This document shows positions 1 to 13,424 of a stretch of DNA of 64,000 nucleotides, in pieces. The notes beneath the pieces were generated by a model that was not told the origin of the DNA, ran no database searches, and saw only the letters and a list, made by a program, of their open reading frames with translations. The translations under genes were made by a program, and so were the position numbers. Each line of letters opens with the position of its first letter. The first letter of the stretch is position 1. The stretch comes from Hypanus sabinus (taxonomy: Eukaryota): NCBI RefSeq assembly GCF_030144855.1, contig NC_082722.1, positions 19,158,001 through 19,222,000 of the forward strand. The letters run 5' to 3'.

Positions 1-1139
1 GTCGAAATGAGAATAAAAGTGACTTGACTTGATCAATTATAATTTAATTTATTTCTACTTGCGTGGATATGGTCTACATCGCTCCATTTTGTGTCTGCTC
101 ATATCAATACTCGAATGCCTTTAACGGCTGTTATCATATCAGTATTCTCTGGTAGTGCGTTCAAGCCGCCGACCATTCTCTGTTTAAAATAAATGCTGCG
201 TAAAGCTCACTTAATTTTTCCTCTTTTATCTCAAGGCTACGCCCTCCCGTTACTGGCACTAATATGCACGAGCTATACTGACAGACAGAATGACAAGGCT
301 AACATTAATATGGAATCCCGGTTGACTAAAGTATTAAGACACTGGTCAGGAGATAAAGTCCTGTATCATCTGTAGCGAACGAGTTCGAGTGAGCTCCTTC
401 AGAACTATATGAGATATTGTGGTACACTCGAGAGAAATCATGACAGCTCAAAGATGGCATGAAATATCTTGCAATGATATATTAAAGGGAAAAGAACAAA
501 TAGTGACTCTGAAGAAGCAGCGTGATCATCTATGTGTGAAACAACTGGCGATGTCTGAGGTGAAGGTTATTATTTCCCCTTTGTATAACTCTGCTGAAAA
601 TCATGGCAGAGCTAAAATTACAGGGATTAATTATACCTTCATTGAAATTCGCAACGTCCAGTATGGCAGACAAATGTAGAAAACTAGTTTGCATGGGAAA
701 CAGGGTGAGCCAGCCAATGAACACGAGGGCAGCGAATTGGCTTTGTATAATATAAGAAGGTGATTGTGGAGATTTGCTATTCAAGAATGAAGGCCTTCAA
801 CTACAGATGTTCTGAAGAGGGCGCTTTAGGTCTCAGCACTCTTTGTCATGTAGTTCTGAAACACTTAAGAGGATAATATTGCTAACAACATTAAGAACTT
901 CGGGGAGGCAAATAAATTACTGATACAATGGAAAGTGAAAGCTAACCAAGAGAATGAACTGGGAAAGTGCTCCTTCAAGTGCAGCTAGAATTTAACCTGG
1001 ACAATGGCGTATTGTTGCATTTTGGTTGAATAAAATAAAACTGGACTTACACAGTAAATTGCCCTGGTGGTTGTAGAACACAATCACTGAGGGCAAGTGG
1101 CGATAAACGTGAACAGAAAGGTAAAGAAGGTTGGAAACG

Positions 1140-1565
1140 TCAAGATGAGGCCACACGCAGGTTAATGAAGCAATACCTTATCTCCCGCCTGGGCAGACTC
1201 CTACCTGCCGGCATGAACATTCAACTCACAGACCTCAGTTGATATCCCTGCCCCCGCTTACCCCATCCCTATCTATAATTTTAGTCTGGTTCTTTCTCTT
1301 TCCCTTTCTCTCTTTTCTCCCCCCCAACTATAACCTCCTATCTTTCATTCTCTTTTATTTCCCATGTCTCCACCTTCCCCTAGACCATTTCCCTTCAGCC
1401 TATCACTTCCCAGCTCTCTACTTCATCCCTCCCCCCACGTCTTATCCCCCTCGACCATCGCATGTTACTTCACACTTGATGAAGGGTTTCGCCCGAAACG
1501 TCGTCACTACCTCCTCCCATAGATGCTGTCTGGCCTGCTGAGTTCTGCCAGCATTTTGTGCTTTT
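1140..1565 (+). mobile_element. Penelope-like element 3' fragment
   Basis: QDEATRRLMKQYLISRLGRLLPAGMNI resembles the PLE GIY-YIG C-terminus. It is followed by a C/T-rich tract and the gatgaagggtttcgcccgaaacgtc...gatgctgtctggcctgctgagtt tail. Confidence 0.75.
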
Positions 1566-2559
1566 AAGGTAAAGAAGGTGCTTGTCTCACTTGAAACAAC
1601 AGTTGAGGTAGTGCGTGCAGGTTCTGGGATGTCATGTTATACTATACACGTCATTAGCGAAACACTAAGAGTTTTGTGCATTAATAATCGCCCAGCTATC
1701 GGAAAGGGATGGCAGTCCTTAACACAGTGCAGAAAGGATTCACGAGTATGTTTTATTGTCAACAAAATTTTAACTGTACGGAGAGGGTGCATTATTCTTC
1801 CTTGAGTACAAGAGGTTGAGCGATGAATTATACAGGAATTTTAAACGACGTGGGGCGTTTGCAGACCTAGGTTACAGTGTTGTACACAGAATAGGTTAAT
1901 CGAAAATAAGAATACATCAATTCAAGGCGTGAGAGAAAATATGTTAAGTGGGTCTAGGGAATGTTTTTGAACAAATATATAGGAGCTTGGAAATTGTAAA
2001 ATGTACGAGAAGTTGTGGGTGGGTTTGGTAGCAATGTGTGAAATACAGTTAGATTGGTATGTTAAGATATGTTTAGAGCAAAAAGGATTGCAAGGGACAA
2101 AAACTGGTCCTCTGGGAGATCAGAATGATAATCTATGCATGGGTCCAACAGAGAATGGGAAGGTGTTAAATGGATTCTTTGCATACGTATTTACTTGGGA
2201 AAAGGACGCAGGGTCTATAGAAGTGATGCAAAGCAGCAATGAGGCCATGGTCTTGTATTTCTTCATTCAAATCTTTGAAAATTGTGTCGAAGACAAAAGG
2301 GAACCCAGCATGACCTATGACTGTATGCTCCTTCTTCCCTTCTCTTATCTCCAGCGATCTCAGCAATTCTCGTCCGATCCAACATGTTATCTTCAGTGCC
2401 TAATATTCTAATTTTCTGCGTATGTCAAACATTTTCTACAAATGTTCTAAAAATAGTATTTCACATCAGTAACAGAAGAGATTTTGCAGAGTTGCTGGCA
2501 AACCATCACAACAAACACAAAATTGTAAAGGAGCTCACCCAGGAAAGAAGCCTATATGG

Positions 2560-3300
2560 AAGTGAACAAAATGTCGATGTTTCGGATCAGAATCCTTCAT
2601 CAGCATTGGAAAGGAAGACGGAAGATGTCAGAATACAAAAGCAGGAGAGTGAAAGGAGGACTAACAAGAAGGTCATGGGTAAAGCCAAGTGAGTGGGGGA
2701 GAAGCGATGAAGTAAAAATTTCGGAGGTGATAGATGGAAAAGAAAAAGTGCTGCAGAAGAAGGAATCTGATAAGATAAGAGATTAGACCGTGCGAGAAGG
2801 GAATCAGGAAGGGCACAAAGGAGGGGATGTAGGTAGGTGAGGAGAAGAGGTAGGAGGCTAGAGTGTGGAACTGAGGAAAACGGAAGGGTGACAGAAAAAT
2901 TAATGAAAAGAGTAATCTATGTTCATGGCATCAGATTGGACGCTACCTATACTCAAAATGAAGCGTTGATCCTCCATCCTTAGAATAGCCTCATGGTGGC
3001 AGAAGAAGAAGCCGAGGACCAAAATGTCGCGAGGAGAATGGGGATAGGAAGGACAATGACTGGCCACCGGAATATCCACTTTTTGTGGGTGCAGTGGAGG
3101 TGCTTGAAAAAGTGGTCCGCTACGTTGGTCACACTAACATAGAGGAGGCGGAATCGCAAGTACAGAAAATACTAGACAACTATAATAGATTCCGAGATTA
3201 AAGTGTTGCCTCACCAGGACGGGTTGTTTGCGGCCCTGAATAGCGGTGGTAAATTATATCTCTTCAGTATAATTTTCATGTTGTCATGGCCTGACAGGGA
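2560..3300 (-). mobile_element. Penelope-like element fragment
   Basis: Minus frame CHHEAILRMEDQRFILSIGSVQSDAMNIDY plus the pyrimidine-rich tract. Ends are approximate. Confidence 0.65.
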
Positions 3301-3499
3301 CATTTTCCTTCCACTTAGGTTTACATTTCAGATTCGAAACCAAATGCTCTCTTCACCCAGGGATCTGCTCAACTCAATACTAAGTTTGACAACACTACAT
3401 AGTCATTTACAGAGGAAAGTTAGTCTAGAAGCTACCTCGGTATTGTAATTCATCACACAAATAAATAAATAAATAAATAACCTTTCTTCATAGGAAGGC

Positions 3500-5700
3500 T
3501 ACTTCTGGTTTTTTTAAGAGTATGTTAAGACATATAAAAAAACGTTGACAAAATTCCCACTAGATTCCATTATTTTCTGAATCAAATGAAAGTAATTCTC
3601 AATCCTTCTCCGTGTATTCTCTCATGCAGGGCTAGTCAAGATTCTCTGCTCGAAAAGACAACTGTTCATTCATCTACATTGATGCCACCTCATGCTTGGA
3701 CCGCTGGACATAACAAAATGTTTCTCTTGACATTGATATTGCTATGAGCTTTTCTGTACTACTGTGAAATATAACTGGTTCTGCAATTGTATTGGATTTT
3801 TTCTGATGTTGTGATAACGCTTCACATTATTCACTTTGCAGAATGCTCAAGCCATAGAATCGAAACACGGACGTTGCAGAACAACTTGGAAAAATTTAGT
3901 TGGGAGGAAGAGGGTTCGAAATCATCCATTTTAAATTTGAGCCATTGTCTGTAACCTAAGCATTGAAATTAAAATTAAACAACTCTGCAAACCGATTTTT
4001 GAGCTAGAAGCCATCTTTACACACAAAGGCCTTCCATAATATCATTAGGTTCATTCGTGCATTTCTATTTTCTGCTATTTGTAACTTCCTGTTGACCTTT
4101 GTTGCAGATATTAAGCTAAAAGAAGAAATAAAATCGTGGTGTACAGCATTGAAGAGGCCCGTCTCGAACATCGGAACGATATACTTAGGCAACCGTTATT
4201 TTCCGTTCCTCTATCACTCCCTCTGACAATATGTTTTATCCATCTAACGTCCTCTGTGTGAAAACCATGGCATGCATGGTTCTCCTTTAAATATTTCTTC
4301 TCTCAATTCAGAGCGATGTCCTGTAGCTTTAGCTCCCCAGGCTTGGGAAATTGTGAGAATCCGCAATATTAACGTCGGTAGCAATGTTTATCCAAATTTC
4401 ATGTTATCCTCCAGTCTGCTATACTCCAGAGTGAACAGCCCTTTTCTATACAATCCCTCCATGCCATTACAGTCTCCCATTCAAGACAATATCCCAACGT
4501 GTCTCTGCTGCAATATTTCTAACTCTACCTCGTGCATTCTATCTTGTGGTGACCAGAAGAACACGAAACGCACCAAGTGTGGACTAGCCAATGGCTATAG
4601 ATGCAACATGATATCCCAACACTCGTTAATACACTGTCAAGAGAGCAAGTTGGTCAAAGACCCTCTTATCTAATACCCTGATATATCGTCTTCTCAGGAG
4701 ACTATCCATGTGTCCCCCGAGGTTCCTCTGTAACTCAATTTCTCCGTATACTGTATATTTCTTGTCTGTTCCAGTGGCCCAGTAAATCATAAACAGTGGA
4801 GTTTCTGGATATGCTGAAATCCAGCATAATAAATACAAAATCCTGCAGGAACTTAGCAGGACTCCCAGTATTAAGGAAAAGGAATGAACTGTAACTTTTT
4901 CGAGCCGAAAACCTTGATTAGCGTGGTTGCTTTTCTTCAGGATAGGAAGCAATGCCCCTCTAATTTTACAGCAGCGTGGACTAACCATCGCTCTGAGCAG
5001 GAAATTTTTACACGGCCTCTCAGAAGATTATGCACGGCCTGATAGCTTATTAAAAATTACTTATCGATTTCCATTCTGAGCTTGTTGCGACAATTTGTAC
5101 CAGTGTTGTAACTTGCAACACTGACAATGTAAGTACGTTGAAGCTCTACAGTGTTTTACATTACAGTTGTCGTATGTTCATTATGCAGAAACATAATGGT
5201 TATATTCATTAGCACACAATTATATGGTATTTTACAAATGCATTAACATAGACTTCATAATCATATTAGCATAATTTCAAAATTGGATTAACATTATCTA
5301 AAATAAGATTCCAGCTGCGTGACAGCAAAGACTATGTACGCAGGAGCGCTTCAGTCACTGCGCGGCTGCATACCCGCAGGGTTTAATGGGAACTGTGGGG
5401 ACAAGTGTATACAGATCACATAGAGAGGAGGCTGGTTTCCTAATGAACTGAACTGCGTCCACAAACTTCAGTAATTTTGTTCTTGCTGTCTTGAGCGATC
5501 TACCGCTATCAAAACTTTGAGTATTACCATTGACTTGAAACCTACAAAACGCTTTGGATCACGTTAAGGTTAAATATTGATTTACAATCACTTCCCATTG
5601 TGATCATTACAGACGCGAATTCCCGTTCTGCGAAAAAAAAGCATCGTTTTCATATCGACACCTAGATAAGGTACTCGTCCAGAGAAAGATGTACATTTTC
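3500..5700 (+). repeat. Segmental duplication block, paralogue at about 19930-22200
   Basis: Collinear shared strings such as tagaatcgaaaca, ttgtctgtaacctaa, acaaaggc.ttcca, acgttgaagctcta and gggaggctgg.ttcct.atga. Confidence 0.85.
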
Positions 5701-6479
5701 GGTGGATTAAAAAAGGGGTCATTCAGAAAAAGGTAGCCAATGAATAAACAAAGTAACCCTCTTTGAATTCCATTCACAAAGCTTAACGCAGCGACAAATC
5801 ACTTCTTTGTCGATGTCCATAAAACCTGAAACTTTTAACAACATTTCAATGAAGGTTAGTAGGGATCCATTGCCCTACCTCCTGCATGGCACTATGCATT
5901 CTAATTTGTAAATATATCATTGTTCCTGTATTGACGTAGAGTTGCCGGAAATCTTAGCCAACAGGTCTAGGCAAAAGCTGTTCTCTCAGCAGAACACGCC
6001 GGAAGAATGAAATTGTGCCTCACGATGTGCTAACTTTATTTGCTGTTATTTTCTTAAGTGACACAGTGCATTACCATGAAAAATACTACTGAATTCAATG
6101 CTCCTACTTATCGGTTTCCTTGTGGGTTGGAACTCAATTCAGTGAATGTTTACGAGATGCCAAAATCACTGTTTTTTGTTTTATTATATTATCACCCAGC
6201 CAACAAATTATTTGGACTGAAATGAAAAGAAGCTGCTGGACGAATTCAATGGGCCGTACAATATTTGTGAAGGCAAGAGAATGGTCAAAGTTTTGCGATC
6301 GTGACTCGGGATTAGAGAGTAGAGGGAAGATACTCAATAAATAAATGTGAGAAGGAGGTGTGTGACCGAAGTTGTCAGGTGATAAGTGGAACCAAACTGT
6401 GGGCTGGAGTGGTGGAGTGGTTGCAAGCTGAGCGAGATTCGCTTCTTTATAATTGGCGGCTTTTACCTGCATTCAAAAA

Positions 6480-7652
6480 AGAGTTTGTCTCGGCAATGGC
6501 GGCGAATCTCTGGATGTTGTTTCTTTTTCTCATCGTCTGAGGAATATTGAAGTAAATCATTGGGACATATTTAATGGAGAATAGTTTCTTTTTCTTGAAA
6601 TGGTTGAGAAATGTGCAATGGGCCAGAAGTGGAGGTTTGGACTGAGCATATCAGACATTATCACATTGAATGCGCGGGCCTACGAGAGTCGAAATGGCCG
6701 ATCCCGATTCATAAGTTTCTTACTTTTTCTCAGTACAATTTTGCTGAATGAATCGGAGAAATGTCGAAGACGAAAATGACCTCTTCTCTTCCCAACTCAT
6801 ATATATGATATCGATTGTAATTCTTTATCTGGATTTAAGGAATGAAACGAAGCAACGCCTTGGGTCTACACTCATTTGTGGTCTACAGCTCTGAAATACA
6901 ACCGGATTCTCAGCTACACAGCTTCCTTGATGTGTTACTGTATATCTGCACTCAATGTATGTTTGCTTTGAAGTTTGGATGCTGATGTGTTCATGGAATT
7001 GTAAGGTTGCAGAGCAGCGCAAGTCAGTTTGTCAGATCCATTTTTAGATTGTGGAAGTTATATCAAACTCGAGAATCCAGTGACTAATTGAATCAAACGA
7101 TCGCAAAATAAATTAGTGATGGACTGATTAAATTTCAATTTTAGATTCCTACCGCTTAACAGGAAGTTTCCTTCAGCGTTCGTCAAGATTTCCCTTTTGG
7201 ATTCTTATAGAGTTTGAATGCCATGAGACTGACTGTCTTATCCCACCGACGAATGACTGTTTCTTTCATAATTTAATTGAATTTTCGCAAAATCTAATTA
7301 GGAGAGTAGAGAATTTATTACTTTATTTATTACTTTATAATAATCATATTACTAAATGTTTGGCTAAATCACAATACAGGCGGAATTTTCAGTTATTTCT
7401 GTTGATTTTCGCAACCTGATTCAGAGACTGAGCTCACAGGCGCTTGTTTCACTACATCTGGCGTTTAACTTGAACTTGAGCTTCTCGTGAGAGGACATTA
7501 CGATATTGTGATGATATATCGTCAGCGATAATGTTGTTCTGCAAGCTGACGTATATCAACTAGAGCAACTTATATATAATAAGTAATGCCGAATGTGAAT
7601 CGGTTAATGCATTGGAAATCTTGATTCTTTCATTATCATTTCTGTTTACAAT
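6480..7652 (+). repeat. Segmental duplication block (3' flank of gene A), paralogue at about 39670-40760
   Basis: Shared strings ggcgaatctctggat, gactgagcatatc.ga, ggattctcagct.cacagcttc, agtcagtttgtcag.tccattt, gtgactaattgaat and ctcacagg. Confidence 0.88.
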
Positions 7653-7701
7653 CTGTAGAGATAGTAAATGGAAATTCTTGTTAAATGATTCATGTTCTTA
7701 C

Positions 7702-7803
7702 CACGTCTTGTCTTCAGTCCGATTCTTATCAAAATTATAATCAGAATGACAATTGCCAGTCCGCCCAGTTCACCTCCAAGAATCAGGGATTTATTGCTGT
7801 CTT
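7702..7803 (-). pseudogene. Gene A transmembrane exon
   Basis: Phase 1/1, 102 nt, donor G|gtaaga. EDSNKSLILGGELGGLAIVILIIILIRIGLKTRR. Confidence 0.8.
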
Positions 7804-9829
7804 CTTGATCATGTAAAAAAAGAAGAAACGGTGAAAAATATATACATATATAGACACCGTGAGAAAACAAAAAGTAGAGAATTTTAATACCAGACGAACT
7901 CAACAGGGCAGGCAGCATCTGTGGAAAAAAGCAGTCGACGTTTCGGGCGAGACTCTTGGTAGGACTGGTGTTGCCTGGCCTGCTGAGATCCTCCAGCATT
8001 TTGTGTGTGTTGCTTGGAGTTCGAGCATCTACAGGTATTCTCTTGCTTGCGTTTTGGTTCTTAACAGTTAGTATTTTTTTTCATTTGGATTAAAAGAGTT
8101 TTTCTTTTTATGATACCTTTGCAGATAATAGGATCGCAATTGCGAAAGGAGATCATTTGCTTCTGAAATGTCACTCGAAAACTTTCTCAGCAGATCCCAT
8201 TGGCAAAAAAAAAATGAAAATGACTTTTTGCTTTCACAAGACATCACAAGATGCATTGGTAGAATATTAAAAAAGCATAATCCGAACCATATATGAGAAG
8301 TGCCAACATAGTTGGTGAAAACCGGGGAGACTAACGAGCAGGTTTAGATTAAATAATAGAAAAAAGACACTTGAAGAGAGAATTCCAGCTTTTCGTGCAG
8401 AAGTAGCCAAAGGCATAGAATTGCGCTAACAGTTTAAAAATAAAACAAAATATGGAACGATGGATTTATTGATATATTAAATATGAGCATCTGAAACATA
8501 AAGATGATTTGACTAATTGTAAAAGTGGCCAACTTCCAAGCTTGTGCTTGATCTTCTCCAGCATGGTTCAGATGTTTCGATTCTCAACTGGGGTGAAGTA
8601 AAACGATTGCAGTCTCGGATGTTTCCAATGAATATAAGTGCACAATATTAGGAGGTAGAAATTACAAAGATTTACCAACCTCTCAGCGAAGAAATCATTT
8701 AGTACCCACTCTTATTACGACAAGGAATCTATCTCTGGCTGATGGAAACTGCAACTTGATATTCTCAGCCGGATTCCTATCTACGCATTGCAGTTAGATC
8801 GTACTCTCATCTCACAGAGCCTTTTAAACAAACTTACAGAACATTCTCTTTTTGTCAGACTGATATAAACATGCAAAAGGTAATATTGGCATCATTCATG
8901 ATCTTCTAATTACATATTCTGTTTCTCGCTTGAGAGTTTGGTTGGTGCAAACATACCGTATGTCCTTTATACCGAATTTACCAAAGTAAGACATACTTTT
9001 CAAATTATTTTTGAAATACTTTGAAAATTTCAAAATTTAATATTTAATACGCAGTCCTTCACGATCTTCCGATTGTAAATCTTGTTTTTTGTTCTAACAA
9101 ATGGCTAAAGTTGAACGGTAAAGTGCACGAAGGAAAATGATTGACTTTCCACAAACGAATGCCATAGTCAATTTGATAGAGAGCAGAATGGAACAGAATT
9201 GCATTTGATATCATATCACATCGATGTCATGTACTTTCTTTAACACTAATATAACGTAGAATTAAAAGTGATTGTCATGGTAAAGAGATCTTCTGGTCAT
9301 ACCACTTATTAGTGATTTTTCCAGCATTCTCAAAAAAATTCTCGATGTGCAGGAAAATAGAGCTGGGTTGGACTAATAGGGAAACAAATAGAATTGCATT
9401 GTACTCCAGAATACATATCCATGACATTACCAAAGGTCGTTATTTCAGTAATTCTGCAGGAGTATATACTTTAAATTACCCCACCTTCGATTGAAACCAT
9501 TGCTGCAAAGCGGTGAAATGCGTCATCAAAATCATTGATATATAATGGGAAAAGAAATAGTTCAGAAACCAACCCCTGTGGAACACCACTATACAACCAG
9601 AAAATGATATTCCCGGTGATACGTAGAACCCCATGCAAGACCCAACCATTCTTCACATTTTCTCCTAAAAAATAAAAGTAATGATAAAGTCTACTTCATC
9701 GATCAAGTACCTGACATCTATCGAAATACTTCTTTTGGCATCTCAGTTTTTTTATATTCTATGTTTTTTTTTACTATATCGGAGTGTTTGCTATGTAATA
9801 GGCTATGCATAAATTCAGGAATTTCGTAC

Positions 9830-12800
9830 GAACATAAGATATAGGAACAACATTAAGCCATCTGGCTCATCGAGCCTATAAGATCATGTCTGATCCGACG
9901 AGGGACTCTTTTCCATCTGCCCGGCATTCCCCATAATGTTGAATACCCCAGCTACGCAAAAATGCATCCAACCTTGTATTAAGTATATTTACTGAGGTAG
10001 ACTCCACTGCTTCATTGGGCAAGGATTTCACTATACTTTGGGAAAAGCAGTTCCCCCTAATTTCCAACCTAAAGTTACTCCTCCGAATCTTGAGGCGATG
10101 TACTCAGTTCTAGTCTCTCCTATCAGTGGAAAAGGCTCTATCTTATCTAGCCCTTTTATAACTTTACAATGTTTCTATAAGATTTCCCCTCATCCTTCTG
10201 AATTCCAGCGAATATAGTCCCAGGCAACTGAATCTCTCCTCATAGTTTGACCCTCTAATCTCTGGAATCTATCTGGTGAATGTCACCAGTATATACTGTC
10301 ACTAGTATATCCTTCCTCAAGTAAGAACACCAGAACTGCACGCAGTACTTTAGATACGGCCTCATCGTACCCTATACTTCTGTAGCGTAAGTTCCTTGCT
10401 CTTAACTTCAATCCCTCGAGCAATGTAGACCAACAATCCACTTGCCACCTTGATAGCCTGCTGCAACACCGAACCAGCATTTAACGATTCATGCACAAGT
10501 ACTCCCAGAACAGAAGTCTGCTGCAACCAATTAAATAATAGTCTGATCTTCATTTTTCTTTGCAAAATAGATGACCTCGCATTTACCAACATTGTACTCC
10601 ATCTGCCAGACTCTTGCCCACTCACTTAACATATCTATTTCTCTCTGCAGACTATCCATATCCGCTGCATAATTTGTTTGTCCACTCAATTTAGTGTAAT
10701 CAGCAAACTTAGATACACCACTGATTGCCGACTAGAAGACCCATGTCTCCCAACTCTCTGCTTCTTATTTGCTAGCCATTTCTCTATCCATGCTAACACA
10801 TCACCCACCCCCACGCTCTATACATTCTTATCTTATTGATAGGTCTTTTATGCGCCACGTTATCGAACGAATTCTGTAAATCCAATTATGTAACCTCCAT
10901 CTGTTCCCTTCTATGCACTGCGCTTGTTATATCATCAAAGAACGCTCGTAAGTTTGTCAAACTTTGCTTTTGCCTTTGCTTAACCCTTGTCTGTGTACCT
11001 GACGAATCAATTTCTTTTCAGCAGTTTTTCGTTACTTGTTATTTAATGACAGCTTCAAGAATTTTCCCAACTACAGATGTTAACTGACTGGCCATTTATT
11101 TGCCTTTTGTCTGTCTCTTTTATTGAACAGTGGCAAATGTCTTTCGCCCACTTCCAATCCGCCGGGAGCTGCCCAGAGTCCGGAGAATTTTGGCAAATGA
11201 TCACCAAAGCCCAGCTATAACCTCTGCTATTTCTTTCAGTACCCTGAGATTTGTCTATCTTTTGATCCACAAGATTACTCAGCGCTACCTCTTAAATTAT
11301 AGCTATTGTATCGAGGTCCTCACCTTCCATTGCATCCATATTATCTCTCTTCGGCAGGTTAGAGATGCCCTCCACCGTGAAACCTGGCACAGGACAGTCA
11401 TTCAAAGCCTCGGCCAATTGCTCATTATCCATATCAATTCCCCTTCTCGTCCTCCACGGGACCCATGTTCACCTTGGCCACCGGTTTATATAATTACAAA
11501 AACTTTTACTATCCGTTTTAATATGTTATACTGGTTTATTTTCATAATCCATCTTCCCTTTCTTTATTGTTTGCTTAGTGGTTCTTTGTTGCTTTTTAAC
11601 GTTTTCCGACTCTTCCAGTTTTCTGCTAGTCGAGTTGACTTTGCAGTCGCGAGGTTTTAGTTTGTTGCCTTTTTTTTATATCCTTAGTTATCCATAGATG
11701 GCTCTCCCTGCCCTTACTGTCCTTTCTTTCAACTAGAATATTCTGTTATTGAACATCGTGAAAAATCTCTTTGAACGTATTCCAATGTTCTTCAAACGTC
11801 CCACGATATAGCCTCTGTTCCCACTCTACCCTATGCAGCTCTTCCCTCATCATTTTGTAGTTTCCCTTGATTAGGCATAATATACTGGTTTTAGATTTAA
11901 TAATTCACACTCCATTTGTATAGGAAAGTCAGCCATGCAGCCATGATTTCCAAGAGGATGTCTAACAACAACACCGGTACTTTACTTGTCTCATTGTGCA
12001 GCGCTGGATCCAAGATAACGTGTTTGCTTGTAGGTTCATCAACATGCTGTGGAAGAAAGCTAGTGTGTATGGATTATAGGACGCCCTCTTTAATACTACC
12101 TCGACCAACTTGACTCAAATAATCCATGAGCAAGTTAAAGTCCACAATACCTGCTGTAACATGACTCAGATATTTCTCGGTTTTTAGCCTCTGTCACTGT
12201 AACGTAACGTGGCCGATAGAAAATTTCCACCAATGATTTTTCTCCCTTTACTATTCCTAATCTCTACCCAGATAGATTCAGCATTTTTCTCCTTATATCG
12301 TCTCTCACTATGCAATGAACTCATTTTTGATTCAGAACGCTTCCCAACCTCCGTTACCTTCCTGCGTGTTCTCCCGTATTACCAGAAATCCTTGGATATT
12401 TAATTCCCTATTCTCTCCATTCTGCAAACACGTTTCTGTATAGGCCACTAAATCATAGGCCCTTGTACTATTTTGTACCACAAGTTCACAAACCTTGTTA
12501 GTGACACTACGAGCATTCAGATAAAGTGCCCTTACACTTATTGTGCCTTTAAAATCTAGTGATCTTTGTCTCTTAGGTGCTTGACTCCCTGCATTCCACC
12601 CTTTTGCTGTTATTTTATCTTTATCCACACTTTTCTCTTTTACTTTATCCATACTTCTCCAATCTGTTGAACCAACCCCCATGGTACTTATATAAAAAAA
12701 CCCTATCCACAACCCTAATTAAGCGATTCGTCAGAATCCAGATCCCATCACCGTTCAGGTGGAGCGCGTCCGAATGGAAGAGGTCCCTCCTCAATCCTGG

Positions 12801-13020
12801 TGCCAGGTTCCCATAAATTCAACCCCACTTCTTCCACACCAATTCTTGAGCAACGCACTTAACTGTCTAATCTTCTTAACCCTGTGTCAATTTGCATGTG
12901 GTTCAGGTTGTAATACAGAGATTACCACTTTTTGTTTCTGCTTTTTAAGTTCGTCCCTTGCTGCTCGAAATCCCTCAGTAGGATCTATTTCCTCACTTTA
13001 CCTTTGTCGTTGATCCCCAC
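9830..13020 (-). mobile_element. Degenerate CR1-type LINE in the gene A C1-TM intron
   Basis: Endonuclease relic LYLNARS...ETCLQ (12332-12712), RT-region relics (PADWKWA, GVLVHESL) and CR1 3' sequence. Ends are approximate. Confidence 0.85.
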
Positions 13021-13153
13021 ATTTCCTTACAGGCTGTAAATAATGTAGACACAGGACGTTAAAAAGACATGAGATTTCTTTCTCGTGTTTGTTCAGCTCT
13101 CCAGGCATTTTCTCATTCAGGTTGGAGCTTGCCTTAAATGCTTCCGGTCTTAC

Positions 13154-13424
13154 CTTGTTCAATAATATAGCAGGACTTTTCGTGAGATACCAGGCAGGTG
13201 TAAACCATTTTGCCCTGAGCAGGCTGTGCATCTTTCAAAGTACTGGAAGCCTCAAAAAATCCTTCTGAAGTCTCGTTTATTGACGTTCCTGTTTTGGTTA
13301 GAATTTCCATATTATTTCTTCGCCAAAAGATGTCTAGTTTCTGCGGATAAAATGGTGCAGTGTTACACTTGAGTTTCTGGGATTCAGATGATGTTTCTTC
13401 AACTTGAATGATTTTCAGCGGAGT
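13154..13424 (-). pseudogene. Gene A C1 exon (acceptor deleted; absent from the ORF track)
   Basis: TPLKIIQV...KLKCNTAPFYPQKLDIFWRRNN...EGFFEASSTL...VYTCLVSHEKSCYIIEQ followed by G|gtaaga. The AG acceptor and first codons are missing, and there is a 6-codon deletion after VSH relative to gene B. Confidence 0.88.

Noticed and set aside
193-784. Short ORFs at the window start
   Set aside because: They overlap degenerate repeat-derived sequence, and a prokaryote-style ORF reading is not meaningful in this intron-rich DNA.
11130-11660. 176-aa plus-strand ORF
   Set aside because: It is antisense to a degenerate CR1 ORF2 and has no protein features.
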